From Bdellovibrionales bacterium (GTDB lineage Bacteria; Bdellovibrionota; Bdellovibrionia; Bdellovibrionales; UBA1609), in NCBI GenBank assembly GCA_007121385.1, contig SKLV01000002.1, positions 18,845 through 82,844 on the forward strand: DNA of 64,000 nt, given 5' to 3'. The notes below the pieces were generated by a model that saw only the letters and a list, made by a program, of their open reading frames with translations, was not told the origin of the DNA and ran no database searches. Each line of letters starts with the position of its first letter. Within the stretch, counting starts at the first letter, position 1. The position numbers and the translations under genes are program-made. This document shows, piece by piece, positions 1-10,082 of this stretch.

Positions 1-214
1 GCTGCCACTGCCCACTGTTAGGGAGCTCTACCAAATCGTACATATGGGGACGCAGAGGCCCTTCAATCTCTACCCAGCGAGTGCTGGGCTTTTTCTTGAT
101 CAGATGAGAGACGGGGCCAAAAAAACCCAATAGACCCTGTTCCTCTTCGTAGTGCTCTGCTGGAATTCCCTTGTGTCCCTGCCTTGTGGCCTTACCTTGG
201 CTGTAGTGATGCAT
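1..214 (-). CDS. hmgA: homogentisate 1,2-dioxygenase, N-terminal fragment (continues past the window start)
   Basis: The reverse-strand ATG at 214..212 overlaps the hppD stop (TAATG). The frame stays open to the window edge and translates MHHYSQGKATRQGHKGIPAEHYEEEQGLLGFFGPVSHLIKKKPSTRWVEIEGPLRPHMYDLVELPNSGQWQ. The G-IP-x-x-H ... EE-x-G-x-x-GF-x-G-x-S-x-L pattern resembles bacterial HGD N-termini as I recall them. A position directly after hppD fits tyrosine catabolism. It is not in the supplied ORF track. Confidence 0.45.
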   Translation of the reverse strand, partial: MHHYSQGKATRQGHKGIPAEHYEEEQGLLGFFGPVSHLIKKKPSTRWVEIEGPLRPHMYDLVELPNSGQWQ

Positions 215-1275
215 TACAAATAACCCCTTCGCCTTTGGTCTCTTTCAATAGCATCAAACAGGGCTTGGAAATTGCCCTCGCCAAAGCCATCATGATTTTT
301 GCGCTGGATGATTTCATAAAAAATGGGCCCGATTTGGTTCTGAGTAAAGATCTGTAAAAGATAACCCTCCTCATCTCCATCAGCCAGAATCTTCAACTCG
401 GCCAACTGTCCCATATCCTCAGTCACCTGTGGTAGACGCTCAGGTAACATCTCGTAGTAAGTGGCCGGAGTCTCTAAGAACTGGACCCCCTGCTCTCTGA
501 GTTGACGCACGACTTGAATAATGTCGTCCGTAGTCATCGCCAAATGTTGAATTCCCGACCCTTTGTATTCGTCCAAATACTCCTGAATCTGTGATTTGGA
601 GTCAGTGGGTTCATTGATAGGAATAATAATTTTATCACAAGGAGACTTCATCACTTTGGACACCAAGCCGGTTTTTTCTCCCCGAATGTCAAAGTATCTC
701 ACCTCACGAAAGCTGAAGACCTTCTGATAGAACTCACACCATTTGTCCATTTCCCCTTGAGGGACATTATTGGTCAGATGGTCCACCAACCCCAGTCCCA
801 AACCCTTGGGCTGACGGTCTTCCACCAGATAGTCAAAGTCTTGCTCGTAATTGTCGTCTCCATAGCGATCGATAAAATAGACAGCAGAGTCGCCAATTCC
901 GTATATAGCTGGAAAACTGTGGCTGGTGGAATCTGCCTCCGTGGGGATGGGCTTGGCTCCCCGGGCCACAGCCTCCTGAAAAGCTTTTTCTGCACTTTTC
1001 ACCCGAAAACCCGTAGCACAAATGGAAGGCCCATGGGACTGAGCAAACTGGGCCGCAAAGGTTCCCGGCTCCGCATTGATAATAAAGTTAATGCGGTTTT
1101 GCCGATACAAATAGACCTCTTTTTTTCGATGCTTGGCAATTTTTTGAAAGCCAAACTGCAGAAACAGTCGCTCTAGGGCCTTAGGGTCCGGAGAAGAGTA
1201 CTCCACAAACTCCATCCCATCTAGACCAATGGGATTGTCCAAGCTTTGATTTGGTTGAGATACGCTTAATTCCAT
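214..1275 (-). CDS. hppD: 4-hydroxyphenylpyruvate dioxygenase
   Basis: 353 aa with a two-domain VOC-fold layout. Typical HPPD segments are present: GMEFVEY, IINAEP, GIQHLAM, LLQIFT, FYEIIQR and GFGEGNFQALF. Confidence 0.9.
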   Translation of the reverse strand: MELSVSQPNQSLDNPIGLDGMEFVEYSSPDPKALERLFLQFGFQKIAKHRKKEVYLYRQNRINFIINAEPGTFAAQFAQSHGPSICATGFRVKSAEKAFQEAVARGAKPIPTEADSTSHSFPAIYGIGDSAVYFIDRYGDDNYEQDFDYLVEDRQPKGLGLGLVDHLTNNVPQGEMDKWCEFYQKVFSFREVRYFDIRGEKTGLVSKVMKSPCDKIIIPINEPTDSKSQIQEYLDEYKGSGIQHLAMTTDDIIQVVRQLREQGVQFLETPATYYEMLPERLPQVTEDMGQLAELKILADGDEEGYLLQIFTQNQIGPIFYEIIQRKNHDGFGEGNFQALFDAIERDQRRRGYL

Positions 1276-1469
1276 ACTTACCCCTCTTTTTAAGTCGCCG
1301 ATTTTCCCCCTTAAAAAGCATGCTTTTAGGCCCGAGTCAAAGCCTGGCTGCCTGAATATAAAACCTTGAAATAATTGACATTTTCATGTTACCCCTGGGT
1401 CAGAAGCAGGAATTCCATGACAGGCCTGCGCCCTGAGAATATGATGGTTTTTAAATAAGGAGGTCTGCC

Positions 1470-1844
1470 TTGACTACAAAACAAACCCACTTTTCCTCAC
1501 AAAAGCCCAACCCGGACTACCCGGGAGTTTTGGATATCTCACCCGAAGATCTAAAAAACCTCAAAGGTCAGGTTCAATTGGTTGATGTGCGGCGGCCCGA
1601 TGAGTTCACCGGCGAGTTAGGCCATATTCCCGGCTCGGAGCTCATTGTTCTAGACACTCTTCCCGAAAACATGGATCGTCTGGATAAGGAAAAACCCATT
1701 GTCTTTATTTGCCGCAGTGGGGCTCGTTCGGCTCGAGCCAGTCTTTTAGCCAAAGAGTATGGGCTCACTGAGACCTACAATATGTGGGGCGGTATGCTGG
1801 AGTGGAACCGCTTGGGCTTTGAAGTGGAAGGACGGTCTTCTTGA
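1470..1844 (+). CDS. single-domain rhodanese-like sulfurtransferase
   Basis: 124 aa with the active-site loop CRSGARS preceded by VDVRRPDEF. An AAGGAGG Shine-Dalgarno (SD) sits upstream of a TTG start. Confidence 0.8.
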   Translation: MTTKQTHFSSQKPNPDYPGVLDISPEDLKNLKGQVQLVDVRRPDEFTGELGHIPGSELIVLDTLPENMDRLDKEKPIVFICRSGARSARASLLAKEYGLTETYNMWGGMLEWNRLGFEVEGRSS

Positions 1845-3232
1845 GAAGAGTCTATGTCAATAGAACCCTGAATTTAAAGCGTATTAACTACATTGGTCTC
1901 GACATGGACCACACTTTGGTGCGCTACAACAGCCACAATTTTGAGGCTTCAGCCCATGCCATCATGTTGAAAAAATTGGTGGAGGATTTTGGGTATCCAA
2001 AATCGGTACTCAAACTAAAGTTTGAATTCAATCGGTCTATTCGAGGGCTGGTGGTCGACAAAAATTTGGGGAATATTCTTAAGCTCAGTCGTCATGCCGC
2101 TATCCGAGTCAGCTCTCACGGCCTCAAAGATATCGACTTCAATACCCAGAAAAAACTCTACAAGAGCACCTACATTGACCTGAGCGACCCAGGCTACGAC
2201 ACCGTGGACACCACCTTCTCTATTGCTTTTTGTGGCCTCTTTGCCCAGCTGGTGGAGCTGAAAGACAGTTCCGAGCCCAAAATGCCGGAGTATAATCGTA
2301 TTGCCGATGACTTGATCCGCTGCCTGGATCGGGCCCATCGGGATGGCAGTTTGAAAAATGCTGTAGCCCAAAACATTGAGCAATTTATTGTAAAAGACGA
2401 AGCCGTTGTCCGAGGGCTCGAACGCTATATCAAACACGGCAAAAAGATTTTTATCGTGACCAACTCAGACTTTCATTACACTAAACTTCTTTTAGACTAT
2501 GCCATCAACCCCTTTCTAAAAAACCACTCCTCCTGGGTGGATCTCTTTGAAATCGTCATCACCTCCGCTCAGAAGCCACGCTTCTTTTTTGACAACCTAA
2601 AGTTCTTAAAAGTTAACCCAAAGGATGGCAGCATGACCAATCTGGAGGGGCCAGTAACTAAAGGAGTCTACCAAGGGGGGTGTGCCACCACCTTCACCGA
2701 TGACTTAGGCGTGGCCGCCGATGAGATTTTATACATCGGCGACCATATCTACGGCGATATTGTTCGCTTAAAAAAAGATTGCGCCTGGCGTACGGCGCTG
2801 GTGGTGGAAGAGCTGGAGGCTGAGATAAAGAATCTGGAATTGGCTCAACCCATTGCCACTCAGATCAATGCCCTGATGCAGGAAAAAGTCCCTATAGAAA
2901 TTGAAATTGATGATTTGGTTTCAGAAAAAATAGAACAAAATAAGGTCGAAAACGACGGTCGCATCTCGGAGCTCATCAAGCAAGTAGGGGACATTGATAA
3001 AAAAGTGGGCCCTCTCATTCGCGAACAACAAAAACTCTTCAACCCCTACTGGGGAGAGGTGATGCGCGTGGGCATCGAGGACAGTTATTTTGCCTACCAG
3101 GTGGAACGTTTTGCCTGTATCTATATGTCTAAACTGGCTGACCTCTTAGAGCTCTCGCCGCGAACCTACTTCCGCTCAGTTCGCCGGCCCCAGGCTCACG
3201 AGCTGACCATTGAGAGCACTCAGGGTTGGTAG
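1841..3232 (+). CDS. HAD-superfamily 5'-nucleotidase of the cytosolic cN-II (NT5C2-like) type
   Basis: All four cN-II HAD motifs are visible: IGLDMDHTLVRY, IFIVTNSDFHYT, SAQKPRFF and YIGDHIYGDIVRLKK followed by WRTALVVEELEAEI. The TTG start overlaps the rhodanese stop (TTGA). Confidence 0.85.
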   Translation: MRRVYVNRTLNLKRINYIGLDMDHTLVRYNSHNFEASAHAIMLKKLVEDFGYPKSVLKLKFEFNRSIRGLVVDKNLGNILKLSRHAAIRVSSHGLKDIDFNTQKKLYKSTYIDLSDPGYDTVDTTFSIAFCGLFAQLVELKDSSEPKMPEYNRIADDLIRCLDRAHRDGSLKNAVAQNIEQFIVKDEAVVRGLERYIKHGKKIFIVTNSDFHYTKLLLDYAINPFLKNHSSWVDLFEIVITSAQKPRFFFDNLKFLKVNPKDGSMTNLEGPVTKGVYQGGCATTFTDDLGVAADEILYIGDHIYGDIVRLKKDCAWRTALVVEELEAEIKNLELAQPIATQINALMQEKVPIEIEIDDLVSEKIEQNKVENDGRISELIKQVGDIDKKVGPLIREQQKLFNPYWGEVMRVGIEDSYFAYQVERFACIYMSKLADLLELSPRTYFRSVRRPQAHELTIESTQGW

Positions 3233-3765
3233 ACAAAGATGATATAATCGCGAAAGCCATGCCTCTCCGCAGCCACCCGCATCTGCTCGGGAGGATGCTG
3301 ACGTCGGAAAAATTTGCGTGAAATTCTTTCCGAGGCACAGGAGAGGAGCAGTGGCTGACCAGAATCTAAAGAACAGGGGGGTTGAATTCTCTCTAGCTGA
3401 GATTCCTCGACCACATAAAGGGTGAGCCAAAGCCGAAGTTCCTCAATTTCTCCCTTATCCTCCTCGAAACTCTTTTCGCCCACCAGCTTGAATTCCCCTT
3501 TCCAACCATCATGGGCTGCAGCGGCCTTGAGCCCATCCCAAACCACTTCAGGGTTCTGCACCAAAAATGTCGACAACAGCCAAACCACCTCCTGCTCCCG
3601 GATCATAGGCCTTAAGCGCTGATAGGCCAGGATTCCCGCCTGGCGCAAATCTTCAATGGGACTGGGATTGATCTGAGGAATGGGCTTAGGCCGCAGTCCC
3701 CAACGCAGCACAGCAAAGGTTCCCAAGAGAGAGGAGCCAATAAGAAGGGCTAAAATCCAGCGCAT
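3220..3765 (-). CDS. hypothetical membrane-anchored protein
   Basis: 181-aa ORF with an N-terminal hydrophobic helix (MRWILALLIGSSLLGTFAVL). I recognise no family motif. Confidence 0.5.
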   Translation of the reverse strand: MRWILALLIGSSLLGTFAVLRWGLRPKPIPQINPSPIEDLRQAGILAYQRLRPMIREQEVVWLLSTFLVQNPEVVWDGLKAAAAHDGWKGEFKLVGEKSFEEDKGEIEELRLWLTLYVVEESQLERIQPPCSLDSGQPLLLSCASERISRKFFRRQHPPEQMRVAAERHGFRDYIIFVYQP

Positions 3766-3896
3766 GGAACTAAGATCTCCTTACTTTTGCGGTTTAAAGA
3801 AGACGGCGACTAGTGTTATAGTCCGGGCCGGAAGCAGGGGGCAATAAAATATGGCTCCTCTGAGCCCAAAGGACTTGATCCAAAGGACAGGTACCA

Positions 3897-4661
3897 ATGA
3901 CCAATAGAAACTCGCCACATTATCTGCTTATCGGCTCTGGCCGTTTGGCTACTCACCTGCATCATTATTTTCTCGAAGAGGGGATTGTCTGCAAGAGCTG
4001 GTGCCGCGCCCGAGACCCCCAGATGAAAGAACTCAAGGACTTAGTGAACTGGGCCGATGTGGTGATGCTGCTGATCTCAGATCGAAGTTTGGACGACTTT
4101 TATACTGAACACCTTAGCTCTTTTCCCGCAAAAAAAATCGTCCACTGCTCGGGCAGCCATCGTCATCCAAAGATGTTGGGCTTTCACCCACTGATGAGCT
4201 TTTCTTCAGGGACTCTGTATCCCCTCGACACCTATCGCTCCATGGCCTTTGTTGGCGACACTCCTAGCCAAACCTTTCGTCAGTGGTTTTCACAGTTGGA
4301 TAACCCTTACTTTCAGATCGGGGCGGAGGATCGTGCCTATTATCATTGCCTCTGTGTCTTAAGTGGAAATCTGAGCACTTGGTTGTGGCAAGAGGTCGTC
4401 AAGCGAATGGAGGGCCAGCTCAATATCCCCCGCTGGGCTCTCTGGCCTTATATGGATCGTCTGGCGGCCAATCTCAAAGAAGATCTTGAGAAAGCTTTGA
4501 CTGGGCCTGTCGTCCGAGGAGATCAGATCACCATTGTTGAAAACCGGGCCGCTCTGATCGAAAAGGGGGACCTCTCTTTAGAGGATCTCTATCAGAGCTT
4601 TGTCCGAGGAGTGCAAAAACCCAGGGTGGGAGCCAATCATGAAGATGAAAACAGTTTTTGA
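3897..4661 (+). CDS. Rossmann-fold / DUF2520 protein, candidate ketopantoate reductase (PanG-type)
   Basis: It has an N-terminal GSGRLA dinucleotide-binding loop and the C-terminal LTGPVVRGD motif typical of DUF2520/COG5495. It is the first gene of the pan operon and overlaps panB. Confidence 0.6.
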   Translation: MTNRNSPHYLLIGSGRLATHLHHYFLEEGIVCKSWCRARDPQMKELKDLVNWADVVMLLISDRSLDDFYTEHLSSFPAKKIVHCSGSHRHPKMLGFHPLMSFSSGTLYPLDTYRSMAFVGDTPSQTFRQWFSQLDNPYFQIGAEDRAYYHCLCVLSGNLSTWLWQEVVKRMEGQLNIPRWALWPYMDRLAANLKEDLEKALTGPVVRGDQITIVENRAALIEKGDLSLEDLYQSFVRGVQKPRVGANHEDENSF

Positions 4662-5436
4662 CTTTAAAGAAAAAAAACAGCTCCAAGAAAAAATATCCAT
4701 GGTGACTTGTTACGATCACTGGTCCGCGCGCCTGATTGCCGAATCAAGTATAGACTGTGTTCTTGTGGGCGATAGCTTGGCCATGGTCATGCACGGCCAC
4801 TCCACCACTCTCCCTGCTGATGTGGAGCTCATGGCTTTGCACACCGCCGCCGTGGCTCGCGGCCTGGGAGACAAATTTTTGATCAGTGACCTCCCCTTCC
4901 TCTCCTATCGAAAGTCTCTTAGCCAAGCTGTGGAGGCTGTTGAACGCCTGATGAAAGCGGGAGCCCACGCAGTTAAGTTGGAGGGAGCTGATGGGAATGA
5001 GGATCTTATTGCCCACCTCCACCAATCGGGAGTGCCAGTGATGGGCCATATAGGATTGACCCCACAGAGCATTCACCAACTGGGGGGCTATAAAGTTCAA
5101 GGCAGAGAGGATGAGCAGGCTCGAGCCCTGCTTCGCCAGGCTAAACACTTGGAGCAGGCTGGTTGCTTTGCTTTGGTTTTAGAGTGCCTTCCCCAGGATC
5201 TGGCTCAGACCATCACCTTGGAATTATCAATTCCTACCATCGGAATTGGCGCCGGCCCCCACACCGATGGTCAGGTCTTGGTTCTTCATGATCTCTTAGG
5301 CCTGAACTCAGGTTTTAAACCCAAATTTTTACGCCAGTATTTAACTGGTCAGGACTTGGTTCTCAAAGCCCTCAACCACTACCATCAAGATGTGCTCTCT
5401 CAAGACTTCCCCGGCCCAGCGGAGAGCTACTCATGA
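4639..5436 (+). CDS. panB: 3-methyl-2-oxobutanoate hydroxymethyltransferase
   Basis: Motifs MVTCYDHWSARL, VGDSLAMV, VKLEG and IGIGAG are present. The start was moved to the ATG at 4639, which has a GGGAG SD 6 nt upstream. The longer track ORF start lies inside the preceding gene. Confidence 0.9.
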   Translation: MKMKTVFDFKEKKQLQEKISMVTCYDHWSARLIAESSIDCVLVGDSLAMVMHGHSTTLPADVELMALHTAAVARGLGDKFLISDLPFLSYRKSLSQAVEAVERLMKAGAHAVKLEGADGNEDLIAHLHQSGVPVMGHIGLTPQSIHQLGGYKVQGREDEQARALLRQAKHLEQAGCFALVLECLPQDLAQTITLELSIPTIGIGAGPHTDGQVLVLHDLLGLNSGFKPKFLRQYLTGQDLVLKALNHYHQDVLSQDFPGPAESYS

Positions 5437-6203
5437 TTGTAAAATGCCCCCAGGCACTTTCCGATCTTCGGGAGTGGCTCGATTTGCGAAGCCAACTCAG
5501 TGGCTCTGTGGGCTTTGTGCCCACCATGGGGGCATTGCACCAAGGACACCGAGAACTGATTGAAAGAGCCCGTCAGGAGAACAAGTGGGTGGTGGTTTCG
5601 ATTTTTGTTAACCCCACTCAATTTGACCGCGAAGAGGATCTAAAAAACTACCCGGTGACCTGGGACACAGACCTAAAGCTACTCAGTGAGGTGGGCATAG
5701 ACTATGTATTGAGACCCAAGGCCCCATCTCTCTATCCCGATGGCTACGCCTACAAAGTCACTGAAAATGTTTTTAGTGCGAAACTCTGCGGGGCTCATCG
5801 CCCTGGACACTTTGACGGAGTTTTGACCGTTGTTTTAAAACTGCTCAATTTAGTAAAGGCGGATCGAGCCTACTTTGGAGAAAAGGACTATCAGCAACTG
5901 CAGCTTGTTCAAGCTATGACTCAAGCTCTTTTTATTCCTACCACTATTGTTCCCTGCCCCACGGTCAGAGAGCCTGATGGATTGGCTTTGAGTTCGCGCA
6001 ATCAGAGGCTGAGCCCATCACAACGGGAGTTGGCCCCTCAGCTGTATCATTGGCTGAACCGAAAGGACCTCACTTGTCACCAAGTCACTGAAAAGTTGGT
6101 CGATGCTGGATTTCAGGTGGAATATGTTGAAGAGATGATGGGCCGGAGATTTGCCGCTGCTTGGCTGGGATCAGTGAGGTTGATCGACAATGTGGAAATC
6201 TAA
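5433..6203 (+). CDS. panC: pantoate--beta-alanine ligase
   Basis: Motifs VPTMGALHQGH, SIFVNPTQF and YFGEKDYQQ are present. The ATGA start overlaps the panB stop. Confidence 0.9.
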   Translation: MIVKCPQALSDLREWLDLRSQLSGSVGFVPTMGALHQGHRELIERARQENKWVVVSIFVNPTQFDREEDLKNYPVTWDTDLKLLSEVGIDYVLRPKAPSLYPDGYAYKVTENVFSAKLCGAHRPGHFDGVLTVVLKLLNLVKADRAYFGEKDYQQLQLVQAMTQALFIPTTIVPCPTVREPDGLALSSRNQRLSPSQRELAPQLYHWLNRKDLTCHQVTEKLVDAGFQVEYVEEMMGRRFAAAWLGSVRLIDNVEI

Positions 6204-7452
6204 GCCGGCCAAAATTCTCTTTCAATTGAGTGGCTCCATCTCCTGCTTTAAGGCCGCTCAAGTGATCTCGCAGCTGGTCCAAGAGGGTCACCAAGTTCAG
6301 GTGGTGGCCTCAAAGTCAGCCCTTAATTTTGTGGGCTCCGCCACTCTCGAGGGACTCACCGGTCGTGCGGTAGCTCATGAGATCTTTGCTGAGGGCGAAA
6401 TGATGAGCCACATCCAATGGACTCGCTGGGCAGACCTCGCTGTTCTCTGTCCAGCTTCCGCTGATCGAATCAACAACCTAGCCCAGGGAACAGGCTCCGA
6501 TCTCATCGGCTCTCTGTCTTTGGCTTGGCCCCGATCCAAGCCCTACTTGATATTCCCAGCGATGAACAGCCAAATGTGGGAGCATCCCACCACCCAGATG
6601 TCTCTGGACCGTTTAACTCAATTTGGCTACCACGTTTACGGGACCGGCCAGGGAACTCTTGCCTGTGGAGAGGTGGGCTGGGGACGCCTCCTTGAGGCCG
6701 AACAGATTCTGCAAGAGATTCGAATTTTCCTGACTGAAAATAGATTAACTGAAAAGCCGAAACCCTCTCCGAAGGTTCTCATCACGGCCGGGGGAACTCG
6801 GGAACCCCTTGATGGGGTGCGCTTTCTGACCAACTTCAGTACGGGTCGCACAGGCAGTCACATTGCTCAAGGTTTTTTGGCAGCTGGGTATTCTGTGACC
6901 TATCTCCATGGTCAGGGAGCTTTAACTCCACACGCAAACCCACTTGCAGGCTCTTTGGAGTTGGCTGAGTTCAGCAGCCATCAGAGTCTTTTAGAGCAAC
7001 TAAAAAATATTCTTTCGAAGTCTGATTATCGCTGTGTCATCCAGGCTGCCGCCGTCAGTGATTTTACTATCGAGAAAATCTCTACCGGCGCTGAGGACTA
7101 TGCCCCCTCTCCTCATCTTAAACTCAGGTCCTCAGAGCCTTTGACCCTCCAGCTTCGCAGCACCCCAAAAATTCTACCTCAAATAAAGAGCTTTTCGACC
7201 CAATCCAATCTGCTAGTGATTGGTTTTAAACTGACTCAGCGAGCTTCAGAGGAGGAACGCCACCAAAAGGTTTTGGAGCTTTTTAAGGCCGGTGGAGTGG
7301 ATGCTGTAGTGAGTAACGATCTTTCTAAGATCTCCCCTGAAGGCCACCAACATTCAAGCGCCTTTTATGTCCGCGGAGATCGAGTTCAGGAGTGGAGAAA
7401 TAAAGAGGAAATGAGTCAAGGCTTGGTGCAGTTTGTGGAGGGTCAGCGATGA
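6190..7452 (+). CDS. coaBC: bifunctional phosphopantothenoylcysteine decarboxylase / phosphopantothenate--cysteine ligase
   Basis: 420 aa with an N-terminal flavoprotein half ([14 protein letters not shown]) and a CoaB half ([25 protein letters not shown]). Confidence 0.9.
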   Translation: MWKSKPAKILFQLSGSISCFKAAQVISQLVQEGHQVQVVASKSALNFVGSATLEGLTGRAVAHEIFAEGEMMSHIQWTRWADLAVLCPASADRINNLAQGTGSDLIGSLSLAWPRSKPYLIFPAMNSQMWEHPTTQMSLDRLTQFGYHVYGTGQGTLACGEVGWGRLLEAEQILQEIRIFLTENRLTEKPKPSPKVLITAGGTREPLDGVRFLTNFSTGRTGSHIAQGFLAAGYSVTYLHGQGALTPHANPLAGSLELAEFSSHQSLLEQLKNILSKSDYRCVIQAAAVSDFTIEKISTGAEDYAPSPHLKLRSSEPLTLQLRSTPKILPQIKSFSTQSNLLVIGFKLTQRASEEERHQKVLELFKAGGVDAVVSNDLSKISPEGHQHSSAFYVRGDRVQEWRNKEEMSQGLVQFVEGQR

Positions 7453-8219
7453 TTATGTGTTTGGACGTGGGAAACACTCAAATTTATGGCGGCGTATTCG
7501 AAGGTGAAGAATTAAAATTGAGCTTTCGCCGTACCTCTCGCTCCGGAGCTTCCTCGGATGAGTTAGGACTTTTCTTACGTGCCGTTTTGCGAGAAAATAA
7601 CATCGACCCTGATCAGATCCAGCAGATTGCTCTATGCACAGTGGTTCCCGAAGTTCTTCATTCTCTTAAGAATTGCTGCCTCAAATACTTCCAAAGAAAT
7701 CCATTCATTCTTCAGGCGGGTGTGAAAACGGGGCTTAAAATCAAATATCGCAACCCCCTAGAAGTTGGAGCGGATCGAATTGCCAACGCCATTGCGGCAA
7801 CATCACTCTACCCCAACCAAAATCTTCTGGTTATTGATTTTGGAACCGCCACCACATTTTGCGCTATCAACAGCAAGAAAGAATACTTGGGCGGAGTTAT
7901 TTTTGCCGGGCTCAAGATCTCTATGGAAGCTCTTGAGAGTCGAACCTCAAAACTACCCTCAGTGGAAATCCTCCGCCCAGCGCAGCTCTTGGGTCGATCA
8001 ACGGTGGAGAGCATACAATCAGGTCTTTATTTTGGTCACTTGGGGATGATTCGGGAAATTCTCTCGGGACTACGACGAGAGGCTTTTCAAGGAGAGCCCA
8101 CCAAGGTGATTGGAACTGGGGGCTTTGCCAGCCTGTTCTACGAGGCTGGAGTTTTTGACGAAGAAAACCCCCATTTGGTGCTCCATGGACTGCGGAAGGC
8201 TTTACAAAATAACTTATAG
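7449..8219 (+). CDS. coaX: type III pantothenate kinase
   Basis: Motifs [29 protein letters not shown] and TGG are present. The ATGA start overlaps the coaBC stop. Confidence 0.9.
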   Translation: MIMCLDVGNTQIYGGVFEGEELKLSFRRTSRSGASSDELGLFLRAVLRENNIDPDQIQQIALCTVVPEVLHSLKNCCLKYFQRNPFILQAGVKTGLKIKYRNPLEVGADRIANAIAATSLYPNQNLLVIDFGTATTFCAINSKKEYLGGVIFAGLKISMEALESRTSKLPSVEILRPAQLLGRSTVESIQSGLYFGHLGMIREILSGLRREAFQGEPTKVIGTGGFASLFYEAGVFDEENPHLVLHGLRKALQNNL

Positions 8220-8252
8220 AAAACTAGATATTTGAAATATAAGGAGTTCCCT

Positions 8253-8609
8253 ATGCGACTAACACTCTTAAAAAGCAAACTTCATCGAGCCACTGTCACT
8301 GATGCAGACCTCAGTTATGAAGGATCTATTTCTATTGACCCCCTTCTCTGTGAGGCGGCTCAATTACACCCTTTCGAGCGAGTAGAAATCTACAACTGCA
8401 ACAACGGGGCACGCTTTGCCACCTATGTGATTCATGGAAAAAAAGGTGAAATTTGTCTGAACGGAGCCGCTGCCCGCCATGTTCACAAGGGCGATCTGGT
8501 GATTATTTGCAGCTATGCTGAGTTTGAAGTGGAAGAGGCCATGAGCTATAAGCCCCGACTGATTCTCTTGGATGAGAAAAACCAAGTGAAGGGAACAACT
8601 GAGATTTAG
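8253..8609 (+). CDS. panD: aspartate 1-decarboxylase (pyruvoyl-dependent)
   Basis: The sequence [29 protein letters not shown] contains the Gly-Ser self-cleavage site. The ATG at 8253 is preceded by an AAGGAG SD. Confidence 0.9.
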   Translation: MRLTLLKSKLHRATVTDADLSYEGSISIDPLLCEAAQLHPFERVEIYNCNNGARFATYVIHGKKGEICLNGAAARHVHKGDLVIICSYAEFEVEEAMSYKPRLILLDEKNQVKGTTEI

Positions 8610-8621
8610 AAGATCAGAGGA

Positions 8622-9350
8622 TTAAGTCGTTGGCTTCTCTGGCAAACTTCGACGCAAGAGAGTCCAGCACAGGAAGTCCTGCTTTTTGAGGCCGCTGAGG
8701 GCTGCGCGAGCAGCCCGGGCTGTGCTTCCACTAGTGATTAAATCGTCCACAAAGACAAACCAACGGCCCTCCAGCTGCGAGGGAAAGCACCTGCCAGGAT
8801 CCCTTTCCAGCTGAAGTTGCCCTCTCTGAAAGCGACCCAAGCGTTTCTGCACCCAACCCTTTCCAGTGGGGTGGGTGCGCCGCAAACCCCTCCAGACGGG
8901 CGCATCCAAAAGATCGCCGAGAGCCCGCGAAAACTCAAGGGCATGATCTTTGTCCCCTTTCTGCGCTGGAGGTGCAGGGATAAGGAGAATGTTCTGGCCC
9001 AGCAATTCCCCCGACCTGTAAGAGCCCTGCTGAGCCTGTCTTTGCCATCGGGATAAAAACTCCAAAGCCAGACCCCGCCAGGCTTTTTTAAGTTCCCCCC
9101 CTTTTAGGGAATAAATCAGTCGAGAAAGGAATTGATCCGAAGTCTCTCCCCTCTGCCAATCCAGAAGACTATAGACTTTGAGCCTCCTTTCTTCCGTCCA
9201 ACTCATGGCCTCGGGCTCTAAAAACATCCGATACAACTGCTGCTCACAATCCAAACAGAGCCAGTTTTTTGGGGGCCAGGTGGCTCCACAAAGGGGGCAG
9301 TTTCGCAGCACAGTCCATAAAAATTCCGTCTTTGATCTAAAAAAATCCAT
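8622..9350 (-). CDS. comF: ComF family phosphoribosyltransferase-domain protein
   Basis: It has an N-terminal CxxC...CxxC zinc ribbon (CPLCGATW...CLDCEQQ) and a C-terminal PRPP loop (VFVDDLITSGSTA). Confidence 0.75.
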   Translation of the reverse strand: MDFFRSKTEFLWTVLRNCPLCGATWPPKNWLCLDCEQQLYRMFLEPEAMSWTEERRLKVYSLLDWQRGETSDQFLSRLIYSLKGGELKKAWRGLALEFLSRWQRQAQQGSYRSGELLGQNILLIPAPPAQKGDKDHALEFSRALGDLLDAPVWRGLRRTHPTGKGWVQKRLGRFQRGQLQLERDPGRCFPSQLEGRWFVFVDDLITSGSTARAARAALSGLKKQDFLCWTLLRRSLPEKPTT

Positions 9351-9414
9351 GACTCAAGCTGATGTGCAATTAAGATTCCCAAGGAGAGGAGACATTCACC
9401 GCACCTAGGGCCTC

Positions 9415-10065
9415 CTAGGGCGCCGGAATTCGGACCGGGGGAGTCTGTGGATTGAGCCACTCAATAACCGCGGCATAGCCCTGGCTTTCCGGATCATTGC
9501 GCAAATAGTCTTTCACTAAGCGTATGGCCTTAAAGCCTCGTCGCAATTGAAAGCTCAAGGTGGGGTCTCCCAACTCTCCTTGAACCACTTTATCCAAGTA
9601 CTCTTGGGCTGTCATTTGCTGTGCGTAGTGCGAATAGCCAGCCAAACGGGCCCCCGCCCGAATCCGCACAAGATCCATTCTCTTAGCCAATTCCTCTCGA
9701 GCCGCGTAAAGTTTTTTACCCAAGCCACGCCCCTGAAAATCAGGATCGATAAAGATTTCTGCCCCATAAAGAGTGCGTCCATTCACCGGGTCATGGTTAG
9801 TAAAAAATCCGCTATCGGTAAAATCACGCCAATTGTCTTCAAATTCATAGTCATTCCAGTCCACAATTAAACTGGCAGCATAGCCCACCACTTTATCTTT
9901 GGAGTTCACCACCACCAACTGACCCTCGGGGAAAATTTTGAGGTGAGAAGCCAGCTGATCCTGTGACCAAGGAATGGTCTGCGGATAAACTTTTTTTGTT
10001 AGCTTGATAATGGAAATAAAGTCTTTAGGTCGCACCTGACGAACACGATAGATTTCATTCTCCAT
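9415..10065 (-). CDS. GNAT family N-acetyltransferase
   Basis: 216 aa with the acetyl-CoA binding motif A (DFQGRGLGKKLY). Confidence 0.75.
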   Translation of the reverse strand: MENEIYRVRQVRPKDFISIIKLTKKVYPQTIPWSQDQLASHLKIFPEGQLVVVNSKDKVVGYAASLIVDWNDYEFEDNWRDFTDSGFFTNHDPVNGRTLYGAEIFIDPDFQGRGLGKKLYAAREELAKRMDLVRIRAGARLAGYSHYAQQMTAQEYLDKVVQGELGDPTLSFQLRRGFKAIRLVKDYLRNDPESQGYAAVIEWLNPQTPPVRIPAP

Positions 10066-10082
10066 ACAATACCTTGATTAAC

